DNA from: Callorhinchus milii | Lineage: Eukaryota | NCBI RefSeq assembly: GCF_018977255.1 | Contig: NW_024704796.1 | Location: 124,001-188,000 of the forward strand | Length of the DNA stretch: 64,000 bases | Reading direction: 5' to 3' | Part shown: positions 1-13,774 of the stretch, one piece after another | How the letters are laid out: every line of letters begins with the position of its first letter | Position numbering within the stretch: the stretch's first letter is position 1 | Position numbers and translations under genes: made by a program | The notes under the pieces: generated by a model | Told to the model about the DNA's origin: nothing | The model's database searches: none | What the model saw: the letters and a program-made list of their open reading frames with translations, nothing else

Positions 1-1299
1 CCTGACTGGGATGTCCTATTAACGTGGAAGTCACTATACAAATGTAATTTATTGTTGTTCTTGAGTTCCTTCTTCCTCCTGAAGGTGAGATGATGAATTG
101 GGCTGTACTGCACAGTGCAGAAGTGAAATGCAAATTTATATTTAAAGGGTAGAATTTTTAAAGCTGTAATAACTGTGTAAATTTCAGACAACAAGGGGGA
201 TTATAGCAAAAGTAGTTAATTTATCCCTTTTAAAAGGTGATGTACTACCTCCGGCTGAGAGTTCACTGCAGGTTCACGAGCTGCCAGCAGTCCTTAATAG
301 GGTGTCAGCCTGGCTCAGTTGGTAGCTCTATCATTCTGAGTCAGAAGGTTGTGGCCTCAAGCTCCATATCAAGATTTGAATATACAACAAAAACAAAATT
401 ACATTTATAAATAGTGCCTTTCACATCGAGAGGACATCGCAAAACACTAGACGTTTAAGGGTTTGCACCCAAGTTGTGGATTGGAATCGAGGGAGGAAGG
501 AAAATGTTTTAATTTCAAATCATCTGTTCAGATTTTCAATGTTTTTTAACTGCAGCGTCTCACAAGGATTTAAAAATGCCAAACACGCATGTTACTTTTA
601 CCTTCTCCAGTAATACAAATCACCTCCAACACATGAAGTAGTTTGTAGCATTGAATCTCCCTTTTTGCGGTAGGTTTACAGCACTTGATAACTGGTTTCC
701 TTAAAACTTGTGTCACCGTTTTGTGCTGTCTACTCACAAAGCATACTAAAAAATTAGGATATCTCAGCAGTCAGTTTTGCAATTGCTTTCACACAAGACT
801 GGATTTCCATAAAATATTGCACAATTTACACAGATGTCTGTGAGGTGGTATGACTTTCAATCATGGCCTGTGCCTGAGTGGAAAATACTCAATTTAACCT
901 CTTGATTCAGGATTAAAGGATTAAATTCCGGCAGGTTTAAATAATAAAAGACATTAACACATGCAAAGAGTTGCTTGCAAAGTTTTGCTTGACAGGCATT
1001 TGTGCAAATGTGAATATTTGTTAACAGCATTGTTGCATGCCAGTGTCACAGGCAACCAACACTACAAAGCAGTCTTAGGTGATTTATTCTTTCAACTTTT
1101 TTTGATCTACTGTGAAGTACAGCACTGACTTACTAGATCATTCTGTGTAATTTATAAGCTTAACCTGACATGCTCAAATACCTCTCAATTTGAAACGTTT
1201 TGCACAAAATATTTTGTGTGAAAATGTCCACAATGTCGGCATTCATAATTCAAATTAGTGTAAGTGAGCAGTCCAAGGTAAACCCAGGTTAGTAATGAC

Positions 1300-1720
1300 T
1301 AGTATTCACCTCCAGCTCTTCAATGGCTGAGTATTGCTTAGATGCATGTGAGGTAGTATGACTTTCAATCCTGTTTGTGTTGCCTTGATCTTTGTTTACG
1401 GGGATAGTACCACGAGATTCTGGTGTACAACGAGAGGTTGTCGTGAGATGTATCGAGTTGTGGATGTAACCAAAGTTTAAAGGATAACCATTCCCCTTAG
1501 GATGAAAAGTCTTAAATAAAGCATTGTATCTAAATGAGATTCTGTACAAGTAGAGGAAGTAATGCGCTGGTTGGCATTTCCTCATAGTAATCAATTGCCT
1601 GTGTGCGTGGGGTATGGAAACTATCACTGGCTGACTTTAACCTTCTCTCACTTAATGCACCCAAAATAACCACGATCTCTGGGATGTCGGTGCATTGAGT
1701 AGAGGAAGTTAAAGATAACC
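1300..1720 (-). mobile_element. Decayed Penelope-like retroelement RT/thumb fragment
   Basis: Minus-strand frames give FNFLYSMH, PTHTG and NGYPLNF in the order typical of PLE ORFs, with frameshifts. Confidence 0.55.
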
Positions 1721-2926
1721 ACAGTGACTGTTTCTATCCCTCAGACACACAGTCAATACTTTGTATTGAAGTGGCAGTTCCTGTGAATTGAGTGACAGAA
1801 AGTGATTCAAGTGCTGGTATTTCTTGGTATTCATCCATTTCAATAATATGCTAAATGAACATCTCCTTTGCTGTTTTATGAATGTTGTGTATTGGTTGTA
1901 CCATTAACATTTCTCACCATTTACCAGTCTGCAAAATAGTTGACAGTGAATTGCTTTTCTCTCGCCAATTACGTCAACCTTATGAATTGGTTCATAAGAT
2001 ATAAACGCAGCTGTTGTTGAGGGAAGATGGTTTTTGATGGGTGTTTTGGAGTTTATTGTCCTAGCTGAATAGCATCTGTTGTTATTTCAGTTAAGGTTTT
2101 ACCCCTCATGTGAAATTGTTTTTTTTTATTAATTCCAATTTCTAGCCTTTTTCCTGTGGGATTGTAGTAATGATTTTGATTACCTGAAAGTATTTAGAAA
2201 TAATTGAACATGCAGAGGAAAGGTATTAGTGCAGGATAGGAGCAGGGCTACTCAGAGGAGCAAACATTGACCAAGTAGCCAACTGGCCTCTTAACATTCG
2301 TCCATTTCTACGGAATAAATGAATTTAGTCCAGTTTGTTTTAGTATACATTAGGACAGAATCACATTCAACAGCTTGGACCTAGTGATTTAACTATCGTG
2401 ATTGTTACATTCCAAACAAAACATTTTTCAGGCCCTTGGATCGATGTGTATAAATCTAGAACTGATAACTGGGATAGGAGTGTGGCTAGGTATGACTAGG
2501 GGTGAGGGCACACAATAAGTCATTGAGTTTATGCTTTTACTTTTGGCTATTGTGATGCTAACGATTCAGAAATGTTTAGCTACTCGTATGTAAATGTTTG
2601 CTTTTCAAACATGTCATGTGAAAATGAAGATGACTGACTATAGAATGAATAAATGTCTGGAAATGTCTGTATGAAAATAACTTGACAGCCAGCATGGCTC
2701 AGAAGGGTTAGATCTTGGCTGGTTGATATTATTTTGAAGTGATGCTCCAAATGAAGTAGAGAGCCATATGGCACTATAAGTGAACCTGCATTTCTCAAAG
2801 GCACAACAGATTCCTAGGGGAACTAAACTGGAAGGGGGTTAGGATTGAGTGCAGTGCCTTAGGGGTTTGTGCTGAGATTCATTTGATTTCTTTGTTCACA
2901 GTTATAAACTGTTTTCACAGTCGAAA

Positions 2927-3332
2927 TGTCAGCCTGACTCAGGTGATGGCACACTTACTTCTGAGTCAAAAGGTTGTGGGTTGAAGTAGCTTTGACACAA
3001 TAATCTATCCAGAAACTCTGAATACATTGTTGAAAATGTGCAGCATTGTCGGAACTGCCGCCTTTTCGATAAGATGTTAATTTGTCTGCTCGATCAAATG
3101 GACACGTTAAAGATCCTGTGGCATTGGTCAAAAAGAGGAGGGTGTTTGTCCCAGTGTCTTGGCCAGCATTCCTCCAGATAAAATTGGTTATTCATTTCAT
3201 AGCTGTTTGTGGGAAATTGCTGTGCAAAATTGGCTGCTGAGTTCTAAAAGATTGTTGTTGTGCACTACAGTACGAATGTTGTGAAGTGCTTTGAGATATC
3301 CTTTGGACATAGAGACACTATCTAATGTAACT
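2927..3332 (+). mobile_element. Older tRNA-derived Deu-domain SINE (SacSINE1-like)
   Basis: gtcagcc..ctgagtca(g)aaggttgtgggtt head; ttaaagatcc..ggca..gtcttggcca..gctgtttgtggga..gctgtgcaaaattggctgc core; L2-type tail. Confidence 0.75.
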
Positions 3333-3478
3333 TATATAGTTCAATTTGTATATTCTATAGGGCATACCAGAATTCATCTGTTAAATTCAGTATGGATTTA
3401 TGCACGGTTATGCTGATTCAAAGTAAAAACAGAAGGTACATGAACTATATGGATAGAATTAACTTGCCAAAGGGGAAA

Positions 3479-3779
3479 GGGATCCTGTAGCTCAGTGGTT
3501 AGAGCACTCGCTTTGCAAGTGAGAGACCTGGGTTCAACTCCCGGCAGAGGGCGAAACCTTGGGCAAGTTTCCTTACTCCACACAGAGCCTAATAATAATC
3601 CCTCCAAAACGATCAATAATAAATTGGTCATTTTCAATCCATGACTGTTTGTGGGACATTGCTGTGCGCAATTGGCTGCCGCGTTCGCCCACAAATATAG
3701 TCAATTCACTGTGAAGCGCTTTGGGATGTCTAGAAGATGTGAAAAGCGCTATATCAAATGCAAGGATTATTATTATTAT
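3479..3779 (+). mobile_element. Full-length tRNA-Ala-headed SINE, short subfamily
   Basis: A box TAGCTCAGTGG, anticodon arm CTCGC-TTTGCAA-GTGAG, B box GGTTCAACTCC, tail gcgctatatcaaatgcaagg(att)n. Confidence 0.92.
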
Positions 3780-4027
3780 CTTAGGGTGTTAATTGACTTG
3801 TTTTTTACTGTGTCAAAGCAGTGTGAGGCAATAATAAACAAGGCAAACTGGATGCTGGGCAATGTTATTCAGTTGAGACCATGAAGTGTGCTTAATCTGT
3901 ACAGTTACTAGTTCGGCTGCATGTGGAGTAATGCATACAGTTGGTACAATAAAGTGTCCCAGACCTTAGGAGCAGAGAAACAAAGCCAGATAAGGATAGA
4001 TAAACTCATGGTTTTAATCCTTCAAAA

Positions 4028-4884
4028 CAGGGTGGTCCAACTGGCGGCCGGGGGAGTGATTGCATCCGGCCCGCCTATTCCTTCCCACCCTCCCCAGTGG
4101 TCGATCCTCTCATGGCAATGGGAGGAGCCGGTGGTTGGGAGGACGCGGTTGGCAGAAGATCCACTTGCATTCCCCTCAGCTTGAGAGGAACTGCAGTGCA
4201 TTCAGCTGCAGGGAGTTGAAATAATGCCACCTGTTGCTGCAGTCTGTCAGGAAGTGAGAGGAGGAGAAAGAGAGAGGAGAGTGTGAGTGAGAGAGGGAGA
4301 GAGAAACAGGGACGGAGGGAGAGGAGAAAAGTGAGGGCAGAGTTTTGTGGTTCACTGTCAGGATAGCCGATCGGAGCCTCCCTCAGCTGCTGTGAGCGGG
4401 GGAAACAAGGACAGGCGCCTTGCAGTTTTCCCTCTTTCTCCAGTGAAAAACTCCTCTATGACCTCCCCTCCCCATTCCGAACGTTCCCTTTATCCAGCAA
4501 ACACCGGATTGCTTCATGTACCCCCACCCCACCTGTCCTACCATCGCTATTTTGTCCCCATTTTCTGGAGCTCCATTCTCAGAGTCCCTCCAACTCACAC
4601 TCTCTCTCTCCCTTCTTCCAAGATGTGCCAAGACCTAACTCTTTGATTATGCTTTTGGTCATCCCTTCACTTCCCTATCCCACCTCCCTCTGCTCCCACC
4701 AGCAGCTCAGGTGCCCAGCCAGCAGTGTCAAGCGCTTTGAGACGACCTTCCAAGGTGAGAAATGCGCTGTGGTAATGTTACATTTCTGGAAGGAAAACGC
4801 AAAAATTAATATTGATAAATATTGATTATGTGGCTTGCGGACATTTCTCAAATCCGGCCCACCTGGTTTTAAAAGATACATCTG
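4028..4884. mobile_element. Non-autonomous hAT-like DNA element interrupted by an L2 3' fragment (~4455-4790)
   Basis: Left end cagggtggtccaactggcggcc..atccggcccgc and right subterminal gcggac..atccggccc resemble hAT MITE ends; no clear 8-bp TSD. Confidence 0.5.
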
Positions 4885-5689
4885 AGAAGACCTGTAAAGG
4901 TTTGTAAACTGCTAAATGGGATTCAGAAATTAAACGCAGAATAGTGCTTCTTGATGTGCCAAACCTTGGACAAGAGGGTGTGGATTCAGAAGTATGATGG
5001 CGAAGGGGAATAGAGGCAATTAGGAGAGGTGGAGGCTCATGGATTAGAAATTGACTAATTTTGGCATGGACTATTTGGACTGATTGTCTTGTTTTCATAC
5101 TTTAATAGTATTTGTGTAGACAGACAATAGTAAGTATTTCTAGGATATCCATCAGGTGGAATTGATGAGGGTACCAGAAGGGTGGCAATGGTGAATTGTC
5201 ATTGAACAAACAGTCTCATGCTTCAGTGGGGGCGAGGAAGGGTTGGGATTCTTGAAGGATAAGATCAAATGTTTTTTTGTGTGATGCCACTACTTCTGTT
5301 TTTATCTTTAAATTTTGTTTATAAAGAAAGGAGCACTCATTGTTCAGAGAATAGTGCGATGGTTCAGGGCCAAATATCTACTGCATTACTCATTCACTTT
5401 TGAGTACAAATACTTGTTGAAGTCAACATCATGTGAACTGTGAGGCGAATCTGTGGTCGGCTTTCACAGTGTGTTTGAGCAGAGTGCAGATGGATTATTT
5501 GCACGACAGGTTTTTCTGGTTGTTTCCTTCAGTTATAACAACCTAAAGATGAGTTTGCAGCCTCAAAATCGCCTGAGCGCCATATTTTTCGAATTGTAAA
5601 AAATGTCAAAGACTATCAGTTGAATGAGACATTTTCTCATTGAGGCAGAGATCACAGTTTTCCAGCTTTTCACTTTAATCTGCAAAGAA

Positions 5690-6032
5690 ACTAAACGGGA
5701 CACTCTGAATACGGTGCTTGGGAATGCTACATTGTGGGAGATACTGCTCTTTGGAAGAGATGTTAAACCAAGGTCTTGCTTGTCTACCTGTGGCTGTTAA
5801 GAATCTCACGGCACTCTTCGAAAAGAGAAGGAAGTTTCTCCCAGTGTCCTAGCCAACAATCCTTTAGAAAATTAGTCATTCACTTCGTAGCTGTTTGTGG
5901 GTCTTAGCTGTATGCAAATTTGCTTCCACTTTTTCCACCAAATTTGCAGTCACTGCACTCTACATTAACTCGTGTAAAGTATTTTGTGATATTTCAGTGA
6001 CATAAGGCACTATATTACATACAGAGATTATT
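5690..6032 (+). mobile_element. Deu-domain SINE, degenerate
   Basis: gatgttaaaccaagg..cccagtgtcctagccaac..gctgtttgtggg core and decayed tail. Confidence 0.65.
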
Positions 6033-7984
6033 AAAATGCAGAATTACTTAGAAATTTGAGCACAAACTCTATTGCAAAACACCAACCTAGAAAGTTCAGT
6101 GCCATCACCATATCAGATCCAAAGTCTGCATCCAAAGTCTATGAAGAATAATGGACGGAAGTATTTGAGGTTCAATTGAAGTTGCAAAGAAAGCATGTAG
6201 TTCATCCCTGGGACACATTTCAGGGTGAGAAGTTTAGTGTTTCTTTTTTGTGCATCTCTAACACTGTGGTGTGGTGTCAAGCAAGGAGACTATTATAGTG
6301 GGGATAATAGGCATTGTGATAAAGTTTGTTCTGAGGTACAAACTGAGCTTGTCCCAGTGGGTAGTTCCACTGTGTGTTACTCAGTTGAATGATTATACTG
6401 TACACCACAATTGCCCAAACTTCAGTTCTGTGGTCAGTACTTAATTAACTGATCTCAGCCTGGCCAGTGGTTTACGTTCCCTAGGGCAGGATTTGATTTT
6501 CTAGTCACTTACTGGTGGTTCCTGCTGGGAAGTCCTATGTGTGGAATGAAAGGTAGGCAGAGAATGAACATTGGGTTTTCATTTGTTTTAGAACTTGTAC
6601 ACAATTGCAGCTTATGTGGGTGGAAACCCCTGCTTAATAACAATTCAGGAAGTAGCCATTATTCTGGATATTTTCATTAGAAAAGGAAATTCTCAATTGG
6701 TTTGCAATGATTATATCCTTCTTCATTGATCAGATTGAGTGATAGCCTGCAGATAGTTTTCTGTCAAGGCCAGTGAGTGACGTTCAGTACTTTCGAGCTA
6801 CTGGTGTGTGTATTCTAAATTGAATCTGTCAATCCGTAAAGACATAATGCACACATTAGGCTCATGGGGCTGACCACAGGAAGCTTGTGACTTTAGCCGC
6901 ATTGTGTTTATGCCTTGTGTCTCGCTGCCAACTATGACTCATCTACCTAATGTTACAAACACAGTGCAGTTTTTTCAATAACTATGGAAGTTATTCTTTG
7001 CCAATTTTAAAGGCAGTTTCGCCATTGTTGACAATATCTAAAATAGCAGCAGTAGAAAAATTAAAGTGAGTAGTGGAAATGTATTTTCACAATGAAAGAT
7101 GTATCCTGATAATTTGTGATTGGTGCCTTGAAAAATCTAGACTGATCTTTAAATTTAACACTAGTCTATCCGCAGTGGATTGAGGGCTGTGTCCAGGGCT
7201 ATGGAGGGAGAAAGGAAGGAAGGGGGCAGCTGTATTCAGGGCCTTCTGTGGAGTGAGGGTTGTGTACTGGGTGCTGATGGAAAATGTTAGTCATGAATGC
7301 TGGCTGTTTAATGCGTGCTACTTTTTTGGTGTGGTTTTAAAATATTCATCCCAACAGCTGTTTCATTGAAAGTTCTTGACAGAAAATTGTTGTCTTGGAA
7401 AGAAATTCAAATATTCCAATTCTATGTTTAACAGAAATAATAATAATAATCCTTGCATTTGGTAGAGTGCCTTACCACGTTTTCTAGACGCCTCAAAGTT
7501 CTCCACAGAATATACTGTAAAGTGAATTGACTGTATATTTGACCGTATAAATGCTGTGTGATTATGTTCAGTTCCATCATTCTGCTGATAAAAGTGACGT
7601 ACTAGTTATTAAAACATTCACCTTTTTAATTGTCCTTGATTGTATTGTCCCTTCCCAGTACTAAAAGTGAAACCAATTTTGTCTTTCATTACTTTGAATG
7701 ATTGCCATGTAGTGATGCATTTTTGCTTTGTGTTCCAGAATGCAATACATAAATCAGCTCTACTTGTACAATCCACCTTTAAACTGCAGTAAAAGGTCCA
7801 CAATTCTAAGTCGCATTTTAATTTGCAAAACTGCAGGGTTTGCTCTGAATTTGCAAGCTGGCAAAATACTTTTGAGCTGGACAGTAACTTGTTAATAAAC
7901 AGAACTTTCTGGTACAGACAAACAGTCAAAGCTGATCTGCAGATTTGATTGTGAAAATACACTGATTAAATAAATAACAAAAAC

Positions 7985-8060
7985 AGTTCTGATGAAGGGT
8001 CGTGGACCCGACTTCTGTTTTTGTTTCAGATTTCCAGCATTTGCAGTATTTTGGATTCTG
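7985..8060 (+). mobile_element. Penelope-associated terminal repeat remnant with truncated hammerhead core
   Basis: CTGATGA-A-GGGTC-gtg-GACCC-GA followed by tttcagatttccagcatttgcagtatttt, the reverse complement of 45637-45666. Confidence 0.55.
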
Positions 8061-9599
8061 ATTAAATAATTGTCTATTTTAAAATGTATGTTCTCCTTTT
8101 TATGCTATTTTCTAGACAAGAATCATGCCTCCAGAGGCAAGCCATTTCACTTCATAACCGTCTTTACAGAGGTGCCTTGATGGAGTTTCGAGTATTGGGA
8201 ACGGTTGGGAAACCATGATTCCAATTTTATTAGTTTGTACGAGAATAAAAAGCAATGGGCAAGTAATAGTGAGATAAAAAGGATCTTTCCCAGAGTAACG
8301 AGAAGGAAAAATTGGCAATAAACACAGACCAGCAAAAGGACTAACCAAATAGGAAACGAGTAGAGGTCACGTCAAGTATATTTCAGTAAGGAAACAGGGG
8401 AGCACTATTAACTACATCTTTCCACTCCAAGAAATGTTATTTTAGCCTTACTCTTTGCTTTCTGCCCTTCAACCATCTCCCTTTCAGGTGGCTGCATTTC
8501 ACTTAATTTTATGTGCCACAATCTTTGCCATTATCTTTTTACATTGTACCTGATAGATTTTGGAAAAAAAATCTGAAAAGTGCCCCAAATAGACCCAGTC
8601 AGACCACTTTACAGCATGTAAATTTAAACGCTCTGATATGCTACCCGGCGTGAGGGGCACTATAAATGCAAATGTTGTTGTTTAGAGTATATCCTGTGAA
8701 ATACTTTGAGGAGTCTTGACAGTGTGGTAAGGCAATATATCAAATGCAAGAATTATTATGATAAACCACATTCCCTTACGTGGTTAAAAAATTCTATGCA
8801 CGGTTTGGTCTATAAATTCTTTGAAAAGGGAATTATGCTTTGTGAAGAGGAGGAATATTAAAGGGTATGGGAGTGAGCAGGAAAGTGGAATTAGTCCATG
8901 TGGAGAAAAAACAGCAGCTCAACTTGATGGGCTGAATTGGCATAGACTGTTATATTCTGATTGCCATTGCATTGTCCTGAATGTTGCTGTATGTAAAGAG
9001 GGAACCTGTACTCTATCTTGTGAACTTGAGTTGTCATTAATTTCCATTTAATTTCCTGGCCAACGAGTTTTACATGGGTAATTAGTACCTGCTAAAGAGC
9101 AACTCTGACCTAATACTCAAGCAACAGTTTATTTGGAGGAGGGCTGATTTTCAGGCAAAATTCAGAGTAATTGCAAGTGTGCATCTGAGTTGGCTGTTCT
9201 CATTTGGGCAGCAGTTGCAGCTATGTTTTACCTCTGTGTTCCTGGGATAGAAAGAGGTGTAAAATCATTACTTCGTTACCAATTAATAACCACCTACTTC
9301 CAAGAACTGTTGTATCAGGGCAGGATTGCTAACGGTGACCTCACCCACTGGAAAGTGTGTGTGGTGGGGTAGTATATGTTTCTGGCATTTATAGCTCACA
9401 TAAAACAGGGAGGAACCAGAGGCTGAGTGGTACTTGTGGAACTGTACCTCATGGAAGAGAAAAAGGAGTTTGTATCTTCAAGAGAGGGGAAAGTTTGTTG
9501 GGGAGGGAATTGAATGCCGTTTTGGCACTTTATGATCATATTTTAGGCCCCTGAAGCTTGTTTGGTGATTCCATACTTTTGCCTTTTAAACTTTAGCCG

Positions 9600-10200
9600 A
9601 GATGGGTGTTTGAGACATACAGAAATCCATTACCATGCTTGAATATCCAAACGAAACACAGTTCTGTGCATCTCACGTGCACATAGAAATTCCAGTGTAT
9701 TGGAGTGGAATATGTACTCTTCCTGGAGGAATGCATCCTGCTAACCCAATTCCAGAGAGTATTAAGCTGGCAAGAGTCAAGGCTTGGGGACTCCAGAATG
9801 TGTGTTGGAGTCAAATCGGCTAAAACCGCACATCTTGCCATTGATATCTCTGCTTGTTTAGCTGGGGCCACCCAATCCATTAGGGCTTAGGCTTGCAGCC
9901 AGCGGTAGCTGAGTAGGAAGAGTCCTTGCCTCCAGTGACAGTCTGACGTTCCAAGTCCTGCCAATGAGCCAGACCGACTGCTGTCATCAGCAGTGCCCTG
10001 GAGTACTGCCTGGCTTAGGAACTCGACTGCTGAGACTGCAATAGAGGGTTGGCTCGATTCTGACATTCCTTTGCTAAACATGTCTATGTCACCTTGGAAC
10101 CAGTTCAGCGCTCTCTCCCCCCCCCCCCCCCCCCCCCCCCGGGAGGATACTCAGTAGTGGTCACTGCACCTGTGGTACTGAGCATCACCTCATTACCAAT
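9600..10200. mobile_element. Unclassified ~600 bp dispersed repeat, most complete copy
   Basis: Shares modules with copies at 11222, 16865, 35185, 43140, 45200, 49270 and 50660; internal C-run at 10117-10140. Confidence 0.7.
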
Positions 10201-11778
10201 TAATAACCACCTACTTCCAAGAACTGTTGTATCTCTTTGGGGAGAAAATGAATTACTTGTTTGCTCTTTCTCCATTTATGCACATGCTTCATTACCCAGT
10301 TCCTGCTATGAAAGGCGTACTCTGCCAAGATGTGGCAGGCACACATCACCCAGTCGAATATTCTGCTGTGGTGTTGCAGTTTATTTATGAACCAGAGAAG
10401 TACATCTATAAAACTGAGAACCAATTTCTGCTGTTACTTGGCAATTTTGAATATGATTGGTCATCATTATTAAACGGCAGGCATGACAAAGTGGGGTGTC
10501 CAGCATGTTTAAATCACCAACTTGGTTGCACAGTGAGCTATAAAGCAGAGAAAATTACGTCTAACTTGTAATGTGTCAAATTTGAAACAAGTTTCAGATA
10601 TTTGACAACAGGAACATATATTGCTGGTTTATAATATTGCTCTGTCAAAATAATACTATGTAAAGAACCATAAGACTCACAAAGTTAATGCACTGAAAGT
10701 GTGAACCTTTTGGGCTTTTGTGTTAATGTTGGAAAATTTGCTGATCTTAAGAGTATGTTTTGAGGCAAGGATAAGTAACAAACTGCCAATTCCTTACTTT
10801 TAATGTAATTTTAGATAGCCAGGTGGAAATTAAAGCACTCTGTTATGGCATTGATCAGAATATCCAGGATTTGTGGTTCAGGAATTAGATTTGTAATTTT
10901 GTGCCATTAACCCTTGCTGATTTCCCAGAGTATTTCAACATTACAATTGTGAGGTTTGAGTTGAACAGAGTGTCTGATTGGAAAAATCAGATTTTCCTGT
11001 GTTCAGTGCAGAAATTGAGTTATTTGGGTGCCGGTGGCATATCACAGGGCACATTTTGTATGGTAGGACTAATGGACCTGTTGATGTGCTGAGAGTTGGG
11101 GCATTCTCCATAATACATATGTTTATTGAGGTGTGCTTTTAATGTACAAAGTCCTCAACTGATCCTGGCTACACTGATTTCAAGTAATTTTGTGTTAGTA
11201 CGGTCTTTGTTTTTGGACTGCTGGGTGTCTGACACATGTGGAAACTCATCATCATGCTTAAGAGTATCCAAACCAAATTTCCATGCATCCCACCTATACA
11301 TGGAAATTCCTCAGAGATTTATTGGTCATAAAATATTTGTTGGTCTTGAAATATATGAACCTTTTGTGCGTGTCTTTTTTTCTTCACTAATAATCTTATT
11401 CATTGTGCAGGCATTCTCTTGAATTTTGAATTCCACATACATGCCCTGCCCATGCTAATGCTGAGAAGATTCGGCAATGATTACTCATTTTCCAGTTTTC
11501 TGTGACAAGGAATTGTTGCAGCAACCAGTTTGTTTTGGGGCTTTGGAAGCTGCTAGGTCATTAACTCTGCTGTAGGGACTGACTTGTTAAGCTGTAGGGC
11601 AGCATATTGGTAACTTATTCTTTGTATAGTCATTCTCTTAGCATCTTGTTGAGCCAGGCTACCTACACTTTGACTGGCTTTGCTATATTTTTTTTATGTA
11701 TGTATAAATATATAGAATCAACATAGGCATGTGAATGGTTTTCATTTCTGTATGTTTCTTTAGAGTGGAGGCTGCAGG

Positions 11779-11890
11779 ATGAAGAGGAGAGCATCAGACA
11801 GAGGAGCGGGTGAATCTTCCACTCGATCCAAGGCTCTTTGTGTTGGTATCTCTGGGAGCAACAGTAAAAGAGCTGGACCGTTCATTTTGG
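11779..11890 (+). CDS. stk40: STK40 coding exon 1 (MKRRASDRGAGESSTRSKALCVGISGSNSKRAGPFILG)
   Basis: ATG at 11779; translation matches the vertebrate STK40 N-terminus; acceptor tttag at 11763; donor G|gtaagt; 112 nt. Confidence 0.96.
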
Positions 11891-13643
11891 GTAAGTTTCA
11901 TTTTGTTGTCAGTAATTAACCCTGGATTTGTGTTTAGTGCAACATTTGCCTCCCAATGGTTACCGTTCTCATCCTGAAAAATTTCTGGTGGTGTTTATGT
12001 AGGCTGACAGTAAAGCTTGCTGTGCCTTCTGTGCAAGAGGCCAAATGGCTGTGCGGTGCACCCGTGTTCGATTAAGGGGGTTAGATGGTGGGTCACGGTG
12101 AGGTCCACTGCGGTTTGTTACTGAGGCAAAGTTCCAAGAAGGCAATGTATGTGTACTTGCGAATGGACCTATGTGTTGGTCTCAAATGTGATGTTTTTTT
12201 TTGCTCTCTTTCCTCCTCTCTCTTCTTTCTTCCCCCCCCCCCACCCCCAACAAGGGCACATTTGCATTGCCAGCTGACTTTTGTCTATGGCCCACTGTTT
12301 CCAGCAGAAAAGGAGCAAGCGATGAGAAGGAAAGATTATGTTAAACTCCGAACCTTTTTCATTGGTGCGCAGATTATGATTTCTTTTTTCCAGTTTGCGT
12401 AGGGGTAGCTGATTCATTGTGGTCATCCCCATTAATGTGTTGTAAATAGGAAGTCAGGACATCGATCTGTAGCAGGAATCCAACAGCAGGTCAATAGTAA
12501 AACTTAAGCTGACAGTTATTTTCAAGCATTACCCATAAAAAATTGCATTTCAAGGGTTGATGTCAATGAGAGAGAAACTCTCAGCCGTGTGAGGTACGCT
12601 GTATTCCAGCATTGTAAATCAAGCAATCATTTTCCTGGCCGCAACATTGACCAGCAATATCTTAATCCATAATTAAGCAGATAAGATCAGTCTGAAATAA
12701 CGACTGGTTCGGTAACCTTTTGGACAAACATTCTGCAGTCCTCAATACCCAGCATAAAATTCTTAGGTTTATTTCATCCTATATTTGTGTGTAAAAATAA
12801 CTAAATTGTAATGGAACAGATTCTTCGGCCATGTTGCACCTCTCTGGCATAGCTTGAATTATTGGCTAATGGAAGAGTAGCTCATGTAATGCCAGTTCTT
12901 GGGAAGATGGAGGCAGTAACTGTTGAGGTGCCATTGTTTCTGAGAATAAGAACTGTATCTTATCACAAATGTACTGAAGCTTTGTCAATGCATCTTTCTG
13001 GTGGATTATCACTAGAAGAGAGAGATTAGAAGAATTAGATAGTTGATCTAATATTACCACAATGGACTATTATCACAAAATGCTATTATAGTCAAGTCCA
13101 TAAAATTTAAAAGTGGTATAATTAAGTGTCAAGAGCATAGGTGTAAATAGCTTTGAATGGTTTAATTCTGTTCTGTAAACATTCCATACTGGGTGTATTG
13201 ACATGCCAATGTGTTAGATTAACAGGTATTGATAGTTTAGTGTTTCTTGTTTGTAAAAATTAAGTGACTTATCCAAGGATGATAAGTAAGGGAATTTGAG
13301 TGCGGTGAACTTTATTTGTTCCAGGCAACAGGAATATTTTCAAATAAGATGAATACTTACTTTGCTGAATTTTTTAAAAGGTTTCGAAAATGCATTTCAT
13401 TATTAAATAGGATTTGTCAGTTGTGCATTTTTATGGCTTTTCATGAGTCAGAAATGATTAGTCATACTCTGAATAGTTGCTTTCGGATCCTGATTACGAA
13501 AAATAACATGTAAAAAATGAGTGAAATCCTCCGCTTTGGGTAAGTCTTTTATGTCATTGTGACAGTTAGTCACAGGTCTTGCACTAAAGTAAAAGGAATC
13601 TCAGAAGCGTGCACATTATTTTTAAAGCAATTTTTTTGGTTAG

Positions 13644-13729
13644 GTCCTCGCTTGGGAAATTCGCCTGTGCAGAGCATTGTTCAGTGTTTGGCGAGAAAAG
13701 ATGGAACAGATGACTTCTATCAATTAAAG
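13644..13729 (+). CDS. stk40: STK40 coding exon 2 (GPRLGNSPVQSIVQCLARKDGTDDFYQLK)
   Basis: ttag| acceptor, AAG|gtgagt donor, 86 nt, phase-compatible; degenerate P-loop and beta-3 Lys. Confidence 0.97.
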
Positions 13730-13774
13730 GTGAGTAACCGACCAATGTTACATTGTACAGGTACAGAAAGCAAC

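Noticed and set aside
3398-3884. Recurrent short ORFs (MWANAAANCAQQ..., ...RYIKCKDYYY)
   Set aside because: Translations of SINE copies
8112-8348. 78-aa minus-strand ORF
   Set aside because: No recognisable motif or splice context
1-11760. stk40 promoter or first non-coding exon, or neighbouring lsm10
   Set aside because: No CpG island or recognisable coding sequence; probably intronic, with the start upstream of the window
13626-13643. Alternative upstream acceptor for stk40 coding exon 2
   Set aside because: It would add 16 nt and shift the frame
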